Below, one piece after another: positions 40,446-54,807 of a stretch of 64,000 nt of DNA. How positions within the stretch are numbered: the first letter of the stretch is position 1; every line of letters starts with the position of its first letter. The position numbers were made by a program, and so were the translations under genes. The DNA comes from Octopus vulgaris. Its lineage: Eukaryota. The notes beneath the pieces are model-generated. The model was not told the DNA's origin. It saw only the letters and a list, made by a program, of their open reading frames with translations, and did no database searches. The DNA lies in the NCBI GenBank assembly GCA_951406725.2, contig OX597842.1, positions 24,304,001 through 24,368,000 of the forward strand, in the 5' to 3' direction.

Positions 40446-42729
40446 TATTGTCCTATAGTATACAAACAGAAAATATAATTTTGCTTCCTATTGCCTATAT
40501 TTCCAGCAGTTCCGATCTTCATCAAATACTGAAGATGATACAAACACCTTTGCAGATATCTCCCGCTCCAAACAGAATGTGAAATACTTTAGCAAATATT
40601 CCAGGCAATGATGGAAACAAATGTTGCCATTAATTCAGAAGATATATTTCACAGTTTTCCACCATAGACAAATCATATAAACAGAGTTATGTCAAATATT
40701 TATAACATCTTCCATTAGATGATCAATATTCATGAAGTATCACTAACATTTCACCTCCTGAAATGACACAGAAACAGAAGATATAGGAAAAACTTAAAAA
40801 GCAGAAATTCAACTATAAAAAAAATATAACTACATCTTCATAATGATAAACTGTGGATATAATCCTTTAATTTGTCTTTGAAATTTATTGATGGTAATTT
40901 ATAATATGGTAACCCTTTTGTTACCATATTTCTTTTGAGATTCAGTGTGTTTCTTTCAATTATTTTAAATATAATAAACAATTTAGTAAACTAACTTAGT
41001 TATCATTCAACTAGTGTTAGCAACATAAATTGTAACTAAGGTTTCGTGGAAGATTTTAATTCAAAACTTATGAAAAACAAAACATTTTACCACTGAGTTA
41101 GAGCCCGTTTTGGCCGGGTTAGTAACAAAAGGGTGTGGTCTTTGAAATTTATTTTGTTATTAAAATTATATGATACAACCTTGTGTAATGTCTACATATA
41201 CACGGACTTCAGTTCCTCTTCCTTCAGATATTATGTAAAACATTATCCCTTTAGTGTTCAGATTATTCTGTTAAATGTAATTCTTTTTCACTCAAATTGT
41301 TTTGAATTAATCAGGCATTATCTTATGGCTTTAAGGTTTCAATGATGTGATTGTTTATTTCTAGAATGTCAATGTAGGTTAGGTGTGAGAGGCCAGATAC
41401 CGCCAGTTTGAATATAAAACATGCAGAATATCTGGGCCTGATATGGCCGGTTTAAACAATAAAGGGTTCAACTATAGGATATTGGACAATAATATGATAA
41501 GTGACTACTGTTTAACCCTAGGTTATCCCTGACTGAGCAGATCTATTATTAATGAAATTAGGTAATGTTCATGATTGTTACAACTTCTGTAACAGATCAA
41601 ACATAAACATAAACTACAATTTAGTGAACCAACCCATCATGACTTTTCCTCTGGTAACTTTATTAATAATAAAAACAAACTGCACTCACATATGTTGAAG
41701 GTGTGGTCACTAATTTAGAGAAAGTGTTCTGTGAATTGACGTATGAAGAGTCCAGGACAGAATGGCGATCCTTCGGTATAGGTACACACGTGACTTTGTT
41801 TACATTTCTGAAGATAACAGAAACCCTTTTCTCCCCCCCTAACCCTAAACCACCCCCCACCCACATATAAAAACACACCTTTTTGAAATGTATCCGGTAC
41901 TTCCGGAAGCACACCGGTACTTATACCGTAAGATCTTTCTAAAAGAAAGTAAATAAAACACTAAAACACAGGTACTACTAGCGAAACTGGACCCGGTAGC
42001 GCTAGCTAGTCGTAAGTAGTCGATCCTACAACGACTTGCGCGTATGCAAATGAGTTGATTTTACAGAATAAAATAAAAGAATTTTTTAAAGAAAGTAAAT
42101 AAATTATTTCTTAGAACAATGTATATGATTTTTTACACAAATCAAATAAAATGTGTGGATATATTCTTTTAGTTTTCATATTCTTTAGTAAATAATTTTT
42201 TTTTTAACTAATTAAATAAAACAAAAACACAAAGTAAGGATCTACTAGTCACGACTAACAAGCGCGAGTGCGCACACCGGGACCACTCTTCTAGAGTAGT
42301 ACCCATCGCCAGTTTATGACTTTGCCGATTCTGTCTACAAAAGGCTGTATCTGCTTTTTATCATAGTGCTATCACTGGCCACATGTTTCAGTTAGCTATT
42401 GATGTTTTATGATGTTGCAGATTATTTATTCTGAGAAGCTGAAATGGACAGAATTATTAACGTGTATCATTTTGACAGAATAAACAGCAAATACAGATGT
42501 TTAGCAAATGATACATCTGTGATAAAACAACAAACAGCTTTGAATGGACACAACCAGCAAATGGATTATCTACCAAAATAATTGAAATTAAAAACCAGGT
42601 GCTTTACTGGACAATAGAATTAATATCGATTTCAGACTAGTATTATTTAAAACTATCAATACTGTCTGGATTTTCCAATTAGACAGATACATAGGCTTTT
42701 ACTAAAAGAAAATATGTATTACAACTTAC

Positions 42730-42852
42730 CTCTGATGATAATTTAGTCGCTGTTTTCTAAGAAATATTTTTAATTACACACTCGAAGGAGCGGGAAATAT
42801 TACTGGAAGACACATAGAAAAGCCGACACGGAAAGTCAACGAAACGAACTAA
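42730..42852 (-). promoter_or_regulatory. Putative TSS motif and exon 1 of ZNF C1
   Basis: TTAGTTCGTTTCGTTGACTTTCCGTGTC; donor GAG|GTAAGT at 42729. Confidence 0.6.
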
Positions 42853-43167
42853 CATTCCGGTTGTTGTTTGCTTCGTATTTACTCACTTTTGTCTGATGCT
42901 GAAATTAAGGTGGTGAACTGTTAATGTTTGTTTATAACTATAATAAATTTTTGAAAATGTGAATTGGGCCAAGGTAACGAATAGCCACACCACCCGTTCT
43001 TGGCGGTTACGGTTACGCCGGAGTCACATAACATACTTAACTTCTTTATTTTCATATAAAGGATATAAGCTTGTACAACTTATAGAACATTGCCATTTTA
43101 TGAGATTTTGCTGGCAAATTTCAAATTAATGTAAACAATAGCGGTGTTGGTGGCAACAACAACATTC

Positions 43168-43330
43168 GGATCTTTTCCTTTTGAACGGAAGTTTTTTGCA
43201 TAATTTCTAGGTAACTAAAAAATTTTAAACTTCGTATACTGGGAGAATGTGTTTGTAAAACATCTTTTTCTCATTTTTTACTTACATGGAAATTATTTTA
43301 AAAATCTGCCGGTCAAAAGGAAAAAATCCC
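43168..43330. mobile_element. Short GGATCTTTTCC-family MITE
   Basis: GGATCTTTTCCTTTTGAACGG...CCGGTCAAAAGGAAAAAATCC. Confidence 0.75.
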
Positions 43331-43352
43331 TAAATTGCCTCTCAAAGAAAAT

Positions 43353-43520
<168 letters not shown>

Positions 43521-43931
43521 CTTCGGTACTGGTATAGATATGTGGTCTACCAGTGTTAAATAGTATAGCCAGGGTTATATACCTTATCTTTCAGATATTT
43601 CAGAGATGAAACACTTTGTACGTTATAAAGGAATTACAAAAACAGAAATAATACATTTCTAAATATCTCACAGAGATTTATGCAGTAGTGGTACGATAAA
43701 GTAGTTGTATACCGTCAACTTAATGTGACAGTCCCATGAAGGGAATCATACTACTGCTATTTAGCCCTAGGAAGCAGCAACGTTTCCTGTCTGCCTTGAC
43801 ACATTTCCTGTGTCCTTATTTTTGCAAGGAATTACACAAATAAGAAAAATTTAATATTATATTATTTTATATGATAAAGAAATTACACAGATAATCAAAA
43901 CGATCCATTTTAACAATAGACATTTATGGTT

Positions 43932-44050
43932 TTTCGTTTCGTTGACATACCGTGTCAGCTTTTCTATGTGTCTTCCAGTAATATTTCCCGCTCGTTCGAG
44001 TGTGTAATTAAAAATATTTCTTATAAAACAGGACTAAATTATCATCAGAG
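43932..44050 (+). promoter_or_regulatory. Exon-1 module of ZNF C2 (Inr-like bases lost at the junction)
   Basis: TTCGTTTCGTTGACATACCGTGTC; donor GAG|GTAAGT at 44051; acceptor ending 46795. Confidence 0.5.
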
Positions 44051-44591
44051 GTAAGTTGTAATACATATTTTCTTTTTAGTAAAAGCCTATGTATCTGGCT
44101 AATTGGAAAATCCAGACAATATTGATAGTTTTCAATAATACCAGTCTGAAATCGATATTAATTCTATTGTCCAGTAAAGCACCTGGTTTTCAATTTCAAT
44201 TATTTTGGTAGATAATCCATTTGCTGGTTGTGTCCATTCAAAGCTGTTTGTTGTTTTATCACAGATGTATCATTTGCTAAACATCTGTATTTGCTGTTTA
44301 TTCTGTCAAAATGATACACGTTAATAATTCTGTCCATTTCAGCTTCTCAGAATAAATAATCTGCAACATCATAAAACATCAATAGCTAACTGAAACATGT
44401 GGCCAGTGATAGTACTATGATAAAAAGCAGATACAGCCTTTTGTAGACAGAATCGGCAAATGTCATAAATTGGCGATGGGTACTACTCTAGAAGAGTGGT
44501 CCCGGTGTGCGCACTCGCGCTTGTTAGTCGTGACTAGTAGATCCTTACTTTGTGTTTTTGTTTTATTTAATTAGTTAAAAAAGAAATTATT

Positions 44592-45366
44592 GGCATAGTT
44601 TCGGTTGTAGTAGCACAGATTTCCGTCGATTTCCGTAAAAAACTTTTATTTTTTTACATAAGTAATGAGAGCGAAAGAGACTAAGAGGAAGCGATTTTAT
44701 GACGAGAAGGTTTCACTTTGAAGTCGGCCTGTGTGTGTTTGATGGGGTGTGGGAGACAGACAGAATGTTGTGTAAGTGAAGTGCTTCTGTTAGTGTGTGT
44801 GAAGGGACAGACATACATATACACATACACCGAGTAAAAAATTACTATGAATCGGCCATACATACATACATACACACACACACATACATAGATACATACA
44901 CACACACACATACATACATACATACACACACACATACTTACACACACACATAGATACATACACACACACACATACATGCAGACATACATATACACATACA
45001 CCGAGTAAAAAATTACGATGAATCGGCCATACATACATACACACACACACACATACATAGATACATACACACACACACACATACATGCATACATACATAT
45101 ACACATACACCGAGTAAAAAATCAGTTATCTCTCTCTTTCACACATTACCCTCTCTGTCTCTTCGCACACACTAACAGAAGCACTTCACTTACACTGTCT
45201 GTCTCCCACACCCCATCAAACACACACAGGCCGACTTCAAAGTGAAACCTTCTCGTCATAAAATCGCTTCCTCTTAGTCTCTTTCGCTCTCATTACTTAT
45301 GTAAAAAAATAAAAGTTTTTTACGGAAATCGACGGAAATCTGATCTACGACATGCGAAACTTCGCC
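44592..45366. mobile_element. Foldback DNA element with ~220-bp TIRs, microsatellite core and 8-bp TSD
   Basis: TSD AAATTATT at 44584-44591 and 45367-45374; GGC...GCC ends; empty sites in paralogs at ~42190 and ~53060. Confidence 0.9.
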
Positions 45367-47122
45367 AAATTATTTACTAAAGAATATGAAAACTAAAAGA
45401 ATATATCACACACATTTTATTTGATTTGTGTTAAAAAATCATATACATTGTTCTAAGAAATAATTTATTTACTTTCTTTAAAAAATTCTCTTATTTTATT
45501 CTGTAAAATCAACTCATTTGCATACGCGTAAGTCGTTATAGGATCGACTACTTACGACTAGCTAGCGCGTACCGGGTCCAGTCTTGCTAGTAGTACCTGT
45601 GTTTTTGTGTTTTATTTACTTTGTTTTAAAAAGAAAGGCGATCTTACGGTATAAGTACTGGTGTACTTCGGAAGTACCGGATACATTTCAAAAAGGTGTT
45701 TTTTTATGTGGGGGGGGGGTTTAGGGTTAGGGGTGGGAGAAATGGGTTTCTGTTATCTTCAGAAATGTAAACAAAGTCACGTGTGTACCTATACCGAAGG
45801 ATCGCCATTTTGTCCTGGCTCTAATCTTCATACATCAAATCACAGAACACTTTCTCTAAATTAGTGAGTGCAGTTTGTTTTTATTATTAATAAAGTTAGG
45901 AGAGGAAAAGTCATGATGGGTTGGTTCACTAAATTGTAGTTTATGTTTATGTTTGATCTGTTACAGAAGTTGTAACAATCATGAACATTACCTAATTTCA
46001 TTAATAATAGAATGTGCTCAGTCAGGGATAACCTAGGGTTAAACAGTAGTCACTTATCATATTATTGTCCAATATCCTATAGTTGAACCCTTTATTGTTT
46101 AAACCGGCCATATCAGGCCCAGATATTCTGCATGTTTTATATTCAAACTGGCGGTATCTGGCCTCTCACACCTAACCTACATTGACATTCTAGAAATAAA
46201 CAATCACATCATTGAAACCTCAAAGCCATAAGATAATGCATGATTAATTCAAAACAATTTGAGTGAAAAAGAATTACATTTAACAGAATAATCTGAACAC
46301 TAAAGGGATAATGTTTTACATAATATCTGAAGGAAGAGGAACTGAAGTTCGTCTATATGTAGACATTACACAAGGTTGTATCATATAATTTTAATAACAA
46401 AATAAATTTCAAAGACCACACCCTTTTGTTACTAACCCGGCCAAAACGGGCTCTAACTCTGTGGTAAAATGTTTTGTTTTCATAAGTTTTGAATTAAAAT
46501 CTTCCAACAAACCTTAGTTACAATTTATGTTGCTAACACTAGTTGAATGATAACTAAGTTAGTTTACTAAATTCTTTATTATATTTAAAATAATTGAAAG
46601 AAACACACTGAATCTCAAAAGAAATATGGTAACAGAAGGGTTACCATATTATAAATCACCATAAATAAATTTCAAAGACAAATTAAAGGATTTTATCCAC
46701 AGTTTATCATTTTGAAGATGTAGTTATAGTTTTTTCATAGTTGAATTTCTGCTTTTTGAGTCTTTCCTATATCTTCTGTTTCTGTGTCATTTCAGGAGGT
46801 GAAACGTTAGTGATACTTCATGAATATTGATCATCTAATGGAAGATGTTATAAATATTTGACATAACTCTATTTATATGATTTGTCTATGGTGGAAAACT
46901 GTGAAATATTTCTTCTGAATTAATGGCAACATTTGTTTCCATCATTGCCTGGAATATTTGCTAAAGTATTTCACATTCTGTTTGGAGCGGGAGATATCTG
47001 CAAAGGTGTTTGTATCATCTTCAGATATTGATGAAGATCAGAACTGCTGGAAACATAAGCAATAGAAATATATAAAAAAGGAAGGAAAATTATATTTTGT
47101 GCTTGTATACTATAGAACAATA

Positions 47123-48797
<1,675 letters not shown>

Positions 48798-48830
48798 CAC
48801 TGTAATATCTGCAGTAAATCATTCTAAGCC

Positions 48831-49481
48831 GGATCTTTTCCTCTTGAACGGCAGTTTTCAACAAAATTTCTAGTTAACTAAACACTTTAAAACTTCGTAT
48901 ACTGGTAGAATGTATCAAAATAAAACATTTTTTTCTCTTGGCTTTCTTGAGTAAATTGTAATTTGTTTGTTTAATGTAGTTTAATTTTTCGAGTTTTAAC
49001 CAATCCTATGCCCTCTATTGAGGTAAAATCATTTGCTGCGTCTAAAACTGAGACAACATCACCCTAACCCTAAATTTTAGCCTTTCGTTTTTTTTTTTAT
49101 CATTGTTATCCTTAAATTAATTTATGGATAACAATTAAGAAAAAAAAACCAAACGCTAAAACGAAGGCAAAAACTCCACAAAAAGAAAATGTTAGGGTCA
49201 GGGATGGGGGTAGGGCATCTTTTTTTCTTTGCAAATGTAAATAAACTCAATCTGTTTCATACAGCATGGTATGTTTTGACTCCAAATGGACGTATTTGAT
49301 TGGTTAAAATTGCCGAAATGCTCGATTTTAAAGTGGTAATATCTTACAAACTATAGAATTTTCTCAATAAAGCCAAGAAAAAATGATGTTTTATAAACAC
49401 ATTCTACCAGAATACGAAGATTAAAAGTGTTTAGTTAACTAGAAATTGTGTTGTAAACTGCCGTTCAAAAGGAAAAGATCC
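48831..49481. mobile_element. GGATCTTTTCC-family foldback MITE just after the C2 stop
   Basis: TIRs GGATCTTTTCCTCTTGAACGGCAG...CTGCCGTTCAAAAGGAAAAGATCC. Confidence 0.85.
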
Positions 49482-49905
49482 GTTTGCGCTCGATATAAAC
49501 AGCCAACCAAGTCGGGGGGCCAACTTAGTATTTAAAATACTAACAAACAGAAAGATTAAAACAAAACACGAATGTGAAGAATCAAGTGTGAAAAATCAAC
49601 AGAGACAACGGTGAACTACAACGCAGCGTGATGTTGTCATGGTAACAAGCCACGCTGTCTGTTGATTAGCTAAAATTACCCAAATTTCCTAACTTTAATG
49701 CCAAATTACATCAGATTCTTTAATTTACGAGAGAAAGTAATGGGTTGATCGTAATCAGAATTCAATGTTGCATCGATAAACCAAAATTGAAAACGATCTA
49801 AGCAAAATTAATGATGGGGAGGGATCATTTTGCAAATAAGAAAGACTATACCAAAACATTTAAAATCTAGTAGCTATACCATCCGACTCTTTTGCTGGAG
49901 AACAA

Positions 49906-50845
49906 GGATCTTTTCTGTTTGACCGGCAGTTTTTTACAATAGTTTCCACGTAACTAAAGACTTTTAAACTTCGTATACTGGTTGAATCTGTTTATAAAAC
50001 ATCTTTTTCTCTTGGCTTTATTGAGAAAATTCTATTGTTTGTAAGATATTTGTTGTTTTTTATTTCTTCAATTTCTGCAATTTCAACTAATCAATAACGT
50101 CTATTGAGGTAAAAAAACATGGATCTTTTCAGTTTGAACGGCAGCTTTTAAAATAATTTCCATGTAACTAAACACTTTTAAACTTCGTATACTGCTAGAA
50201 TGTGTTTATAAAACATCTTTTTCTCTTGGCTTTATTGAGAAAATTCTATAGGTTGTAAGATATTTGTTGTTTTTTTATTTCTGCAATTTCAACCAATCAA
50301 TGACGTCTATTGAGGTGAAAACATTCTGTGCCGTTTGAATATGTCCCTCGTTTAAGAAGAAAAAAAAGATACCCTTTCCCAACTCCTAACCCTAAAACAG
50401 ATTGAAATGCAATAGATCGATACTATAAGACCCCCTTCGGTCATGTGTGACCATGGGTTTGCACCTAGAGAGTTACCCTCTGAGGCACAAGTCTGGGCAA
50501 GGTTGTTTTTATGGAAGACCAGTAGTCGCCCATGAATACCGGCCTCCCCTCTCCACGCCACCAGTGTTATCCAAGGGAAAGACAAAGGTCGATACAGCTT
50601 GGCACCAGTGACGTCGCAACTCATTTCTACAGCTGAGTGAACTGGAGCAACGTGAAAAATAAAGTGTTTTGCTCAAGAACACAACACGCAGCCCGGTCCG
50701 GGATTCGAACTCACAATCTCACGATCGTAAGCTCGACGCTCTAACCACTGAGCCATGCGCCTAGATCGATACTAGGGTCATAATTATGGGTGACAATTTC
50801 ATATGATACCGCTAGAAAAAACTGCCGTTAAAACGGAAAACATCC
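49906..50845. mobile_element. Adjacent or nested GGATCTTTTC-family MITEs
   Basis: Left ends at 49906 and 50121, right end at 50845. Confidence 0.8.
50426..50761 (-). mobile_element. Full-length tRNA-derived SINE (family 3) with 13-bp TSD
   Basis: A-box TGGCTCAGTGG, B-box GTTCGAATCC; TSD TAGATCGATACTA at 50413-50425 and 50762-50774. Confidence 0.9.
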
Positions 50846-51095
50846 GATGGGAGTAAGACACACGTGTCTGTTCCCCACACCCACCACTATCTGACTAGTC
50901 GTGTTGCTTTCTTTGACATTGTGGTTCGGTACGCGGAGGACGTAAAAGTAGCAATAAAAATGTCAGCTTCTAGCTTTGTATCATTTGTTATTATTTGGAT
51001 TTTTTCTTACAATTCACATTTTCAAAAATTTACCACTTTACTTTTAGCATCAGACAAAAGTGTTATTAATACGGGAAGCACAACAACCGGATTCT

Positions 51096-51206
51096 TAATT
51101 CGTTTCGTTGACGTTCCGTGTCGGCTTTTCGATGTGTCTTTTTCGCTAGAACGCTTATTTGTGTAATTAAAAATATTATGAAACACCGACTAATATATTA
51201 TAAGAG
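51096..51206 (+). promoter_or_regulatory. Orphan exon-1 module upstream of C3
   Basis: TTAATTCGTTTCGTTGACGTTCCGTGTC; donor GAG|GTAAGA at 51207. Confidence 0.5.
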
Positions 51207-51709
51207 GTAAGATGTAACACATATTTTCTTTTTAGTAAAAGCCTATGTATCTGGCTAATTGGAAACAGCAGGCAGTTTTGAAAGTTTTAAATACTGCTTG
51301 TCTGAAATCGATATTAATTCTATTGTCCAGTAAACTTCGTAAATTATGCCGAGAAAATCTGGATTTTACTTGTGGCCATGAAAAAGCACCAGATTTTTAA
51401 TTACAATTATTTTAATAAATACTTCCTTATTTTAGTAGATATTTCAGTGTTTTCATTTCAAGTTTTAATTTGGAAAACTGACAGTTCATTCTATTAATAA
51501 ACTGGTATAATTTTAGTAAAAAATAAAATTAAGAAGTGATTTTGTTATGGTTATCTGGATTGCTATAACCTTTAGAATAATACCTATCCAAACCGATTTT
51601 GGACATTTTCATTTTTAACTTAAAAACCACGGGAGGGGCCTTTTCGGTTAAAATAAAACAAGTAAATATTTTCAGAGGAAAAGGTGAAGAATTCAAGGGA
51701 AGAATTCAA

Positions 51710-52082
51710 TGTCGTATGAAATTGTCATCCATAATTATAACCCTAGTATCGATCTATTGCATTTCAATCTGTTTTAGGGTTAGGGGTGGGGCAAGGGTAT
51801 CTTTTTTCTTCACAGATGCAAATAAACCCAATCTGTTTCTTAAAGGAAGGACATATTCATTATGCACAGAATGTCTTCACCCCAAATGGACGTCAGCGAT
51901 TAGTTAAAATTGCCGAAATGCTCGAAATTAAAGTCGAAATATGTTATAACATATAGAATTTTCTCAATAAAGCCAAGAGAAAATGATGTTTTATAAACAC
52001 ATTCTACCAGTATACGAAGTTTAAAACTTTTTAGTTACCTAGAAATTATGTTAAAAAACTGCCGTTCAAAAGGTAAAGATCC
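51710..52082. mobile_element. Right half of a GGATCTTTTCC-family MITE
   Basis: Ends CTGCCGTTCAAAAGGTAAAGATCC. Confidence 0.8.
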
Positions 52083-52397
52083 GAATGTTGTTGTTGCCAC
52101 CAACACCGCTATTGTTTACATTAATTTGAAATTTGCCAGCAAAATCTCATAAAATGGCAATGTTCTATAAGTTGTACATGCTTATATCCTTTATATGAAA
52201 ATAAAGAAGTTAAATATGTTATGTGACTCCGGCGTAACCGTAACCGCCAAAAACGGGTGGTGTGGCTATTCGTTACCTTGGCCCAATTCACATTTTCAAA
52301 AATTTATTATAGTTATAAACAAACATTAACAGTTTACCACCTTAAATTCAGCATCAGACAAAAGTGAGTAAATACGAAGCGCACAACAACCGGATTG

Positions 52398-52520
52398 TTA
52401 GTTCGTTTCGTTGACATTCCGTGTCGGCTTTTCGATGTGTCTTCCAGTAATATTTCCCGCTCGTTCGAGTGTGTAATTAAAAATATTTCTTATAAAACAG
52501 CGACTAAATTATCATCAGAG
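52398..52520 (+). promoter_or_regulatory. Putative TSS motif and exon 1 of ZNF C3
   Basis: TTAGTTCGTTTCGTTGACATTCCGTGTC; donor at 52521; acceptor ending 54480. Confidence 0.6.
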
Positions 52521-54807
52521 GTAAGTTGTAATACATATTTTCTTTTTAGTAAAAGCCTTTGTATCTGGCTAATTGGAAAATCCAGACAGTATTGATAGTT
52601 TTAAATAATACTAGTCTGAAATCGATATTAATTCTATTGTCCAGTAAAGCACCTGGTTTTTAATTTCAATTATTTTGGTAGATAATCCATTTGCTGGTTG
52701 TGTCCATTCAAAGCTGTTTGTTGTTTTATCACAGATGTATCATTTGCTAAACATCTGTATTTGCTGTTTATTCTGTCAAAATGATACACGTTAATAATTC
52801 TGTCCATTTCAGCTTCTCAGAATAAATAATCTGCAACATCATAAAACATCAATAGCTAACTGAAACATGTGGCCAGTGATAGCACTATGATAAAAAGCAG
52901 ATACAGCCTTTTGTAGACAGAATCGGCAAATGTCATAAACTGGCGATGGGTACTACTCTAGAAGAGTGATCCCGGTGTGCGCACTCGCGCTTGTTAGTCG
53001 TGACTAGTCGATCCTTACCTTGTGTTTTTGTTTTATTTCCTTAGTTTAAGGAAAAAGAAATTATTTACGAAAGAATATGAAAACTAAAAGAATATATCAC
53101 ACACATTTTATTTGATTTGTGTAAAAAAATCATATACATTGTTCTAAGAAATAATTTATTTACTTTCTTTGAAATATTCTTTTATTTTATTCTGTAAATT
53201 CAACTCATTTGCATACGCGCAAGTCGTTATAGGATCGACTACTTACGACTAGCTAGCGCGTACCGGGTCCAGTCTTCGCTAGTAGTACCTGTGTTTTTGT
53301 GTTTTATTTACTTTATTTTAAAAAGAAAGGCGATCTTACGGTATAAGTACCGGTGTACTTCCAGAAGTACTGGATACATTTCAAAAAGGTGTTTTTTTAT
53401 ATGTGGGGGGGTGTCTGTTATCTTTAGAAATGTAAACAAAGTCACGTGTGTACCTATACCGAAGGATCGCCATTCTGTCCTGGCTCTACTCTTCATACGT
53501 CAATTCACAGTACACTTTCTCTAAATTAGTGGCCACACCTTCAACATATGTGAGTGCAGTTTGTTTTTATTATTAATAAAGTCACGAGAGGAAAAGTCAT
53601 GATGGGTTGGTTCACTAAATTGTAGTTTATGTTTATGTTTGATCTGTTACAGAAGTTGTAACAATCATGAACATTACCTAATTTCATTAATAATAGATCT
53701 GCTCAGTCAGGGATAACCTAGGGTTAAACAGTAGTCACTTATCATATTATTGTCCAATATCCTATAGTTGAACCCTTTATTGTTTAAACCGGCCATATCA
53801 GGCCCAGATATTCTGCATGTTTTATATTCAAACTGGCGGTATCTGGCCTCTCACACCTAACCTACATTGACATTCTAGAAATAAACAATCACATCATTGA
53901 AACCTCAAAGCCATAAGATAATGCATGATTAATTCAAAACAATTTAAGTGAAAAAGAATTACATTTAACAGAATAATCTGAACACTAAAGGGATAATGTT
54001 TTACATAATATCTGAAGGAAGAGGAACTGAAGTCCGTGTATATGTAGACATTACACAAGGTTGTATCATATAATTTTAATAACAAAATAAATTTCAAAGA
54101 CCACACCCTCTTGTTACTAACCCGGCCAAAACGGGCTCTGGCTCTGTGGTAAAATGTTTTGTTTTCATAAGTTTTGAATTAAAATCTTCCACGAAACCTT
54201 AGTTACAATTTATGTTTCTAACACTAGTTGAATGATAACTAAGTTAGTTCACTAAGTTCTTTATTATATTTAAAATAATTGAAAGAAACACACTGAATCT
54301 CAGCAGAAATATGGTAACAAAAGGGTTACCATATTATAAATTACCATAAATAAATTTCAAAGACAAATTAAAGGATTATATCCACAGTTTATTATTATGA
54401 AGATGTAGTTATATTTTTTTTATAGTTGAATCTCTGCTTTTTAAGTCTTTCCTATATCTTCTGTTTCTGTGTCATTTCAGGAGGTGAAATGTTAGTGATA
54501 CTTCATGAATATTGATCATCTAATGGAAGATGTTATAAATATTTGACATAACTCTGTTTATACAATTTGTCTATGGTGGAAAACTGTGAAATATTTCTTC
54601 TGAATTAATGGCAACATTTGTTTCCATCATTGCCTGGAATATTTGCTAAAGTCTTTCACATTCTGTTTGGAGCGGGAGATATCTGCAAAGGTGTTTGTAT
54701 CATCTTCAGATATTGATGAAGATCGGAACTGCTGGAAATATTACCAATAGAAATATATAAAAAAGGAAGCAAAATTATATTTTGTGTTTTTATACTATAG
54801 AACAAAA

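Noticed and set aside
41975-42295. CTAG-rich ~310-bp element with imperfect inverted ends (copies ~44490-45595, ~52958-53285; related piece ~57860-57965) as a Helitron
   Set aside because: Probably a repeat, but I could not establish diagnostic termini, hairpin or TSD, so it is left unclassified.
44681-45245. ORFs rich in C/V/Y/M or H/T
   Set aside because: Translations of the microsatellite core of the foldback element.
49060-49075. CCCTAA/TTAGGG telomere-like motifs (also ~16485, ~41838, ~56720)
   Set aside because: Only one or two units, always inside MITEs; not interstitial telomere arrays.
50690-50761. tRNA-like sequence (also at 38-110 and 38120-38190)
   Set aside because: These are SINE heads followed by SINE body; no complete acceptor stem.
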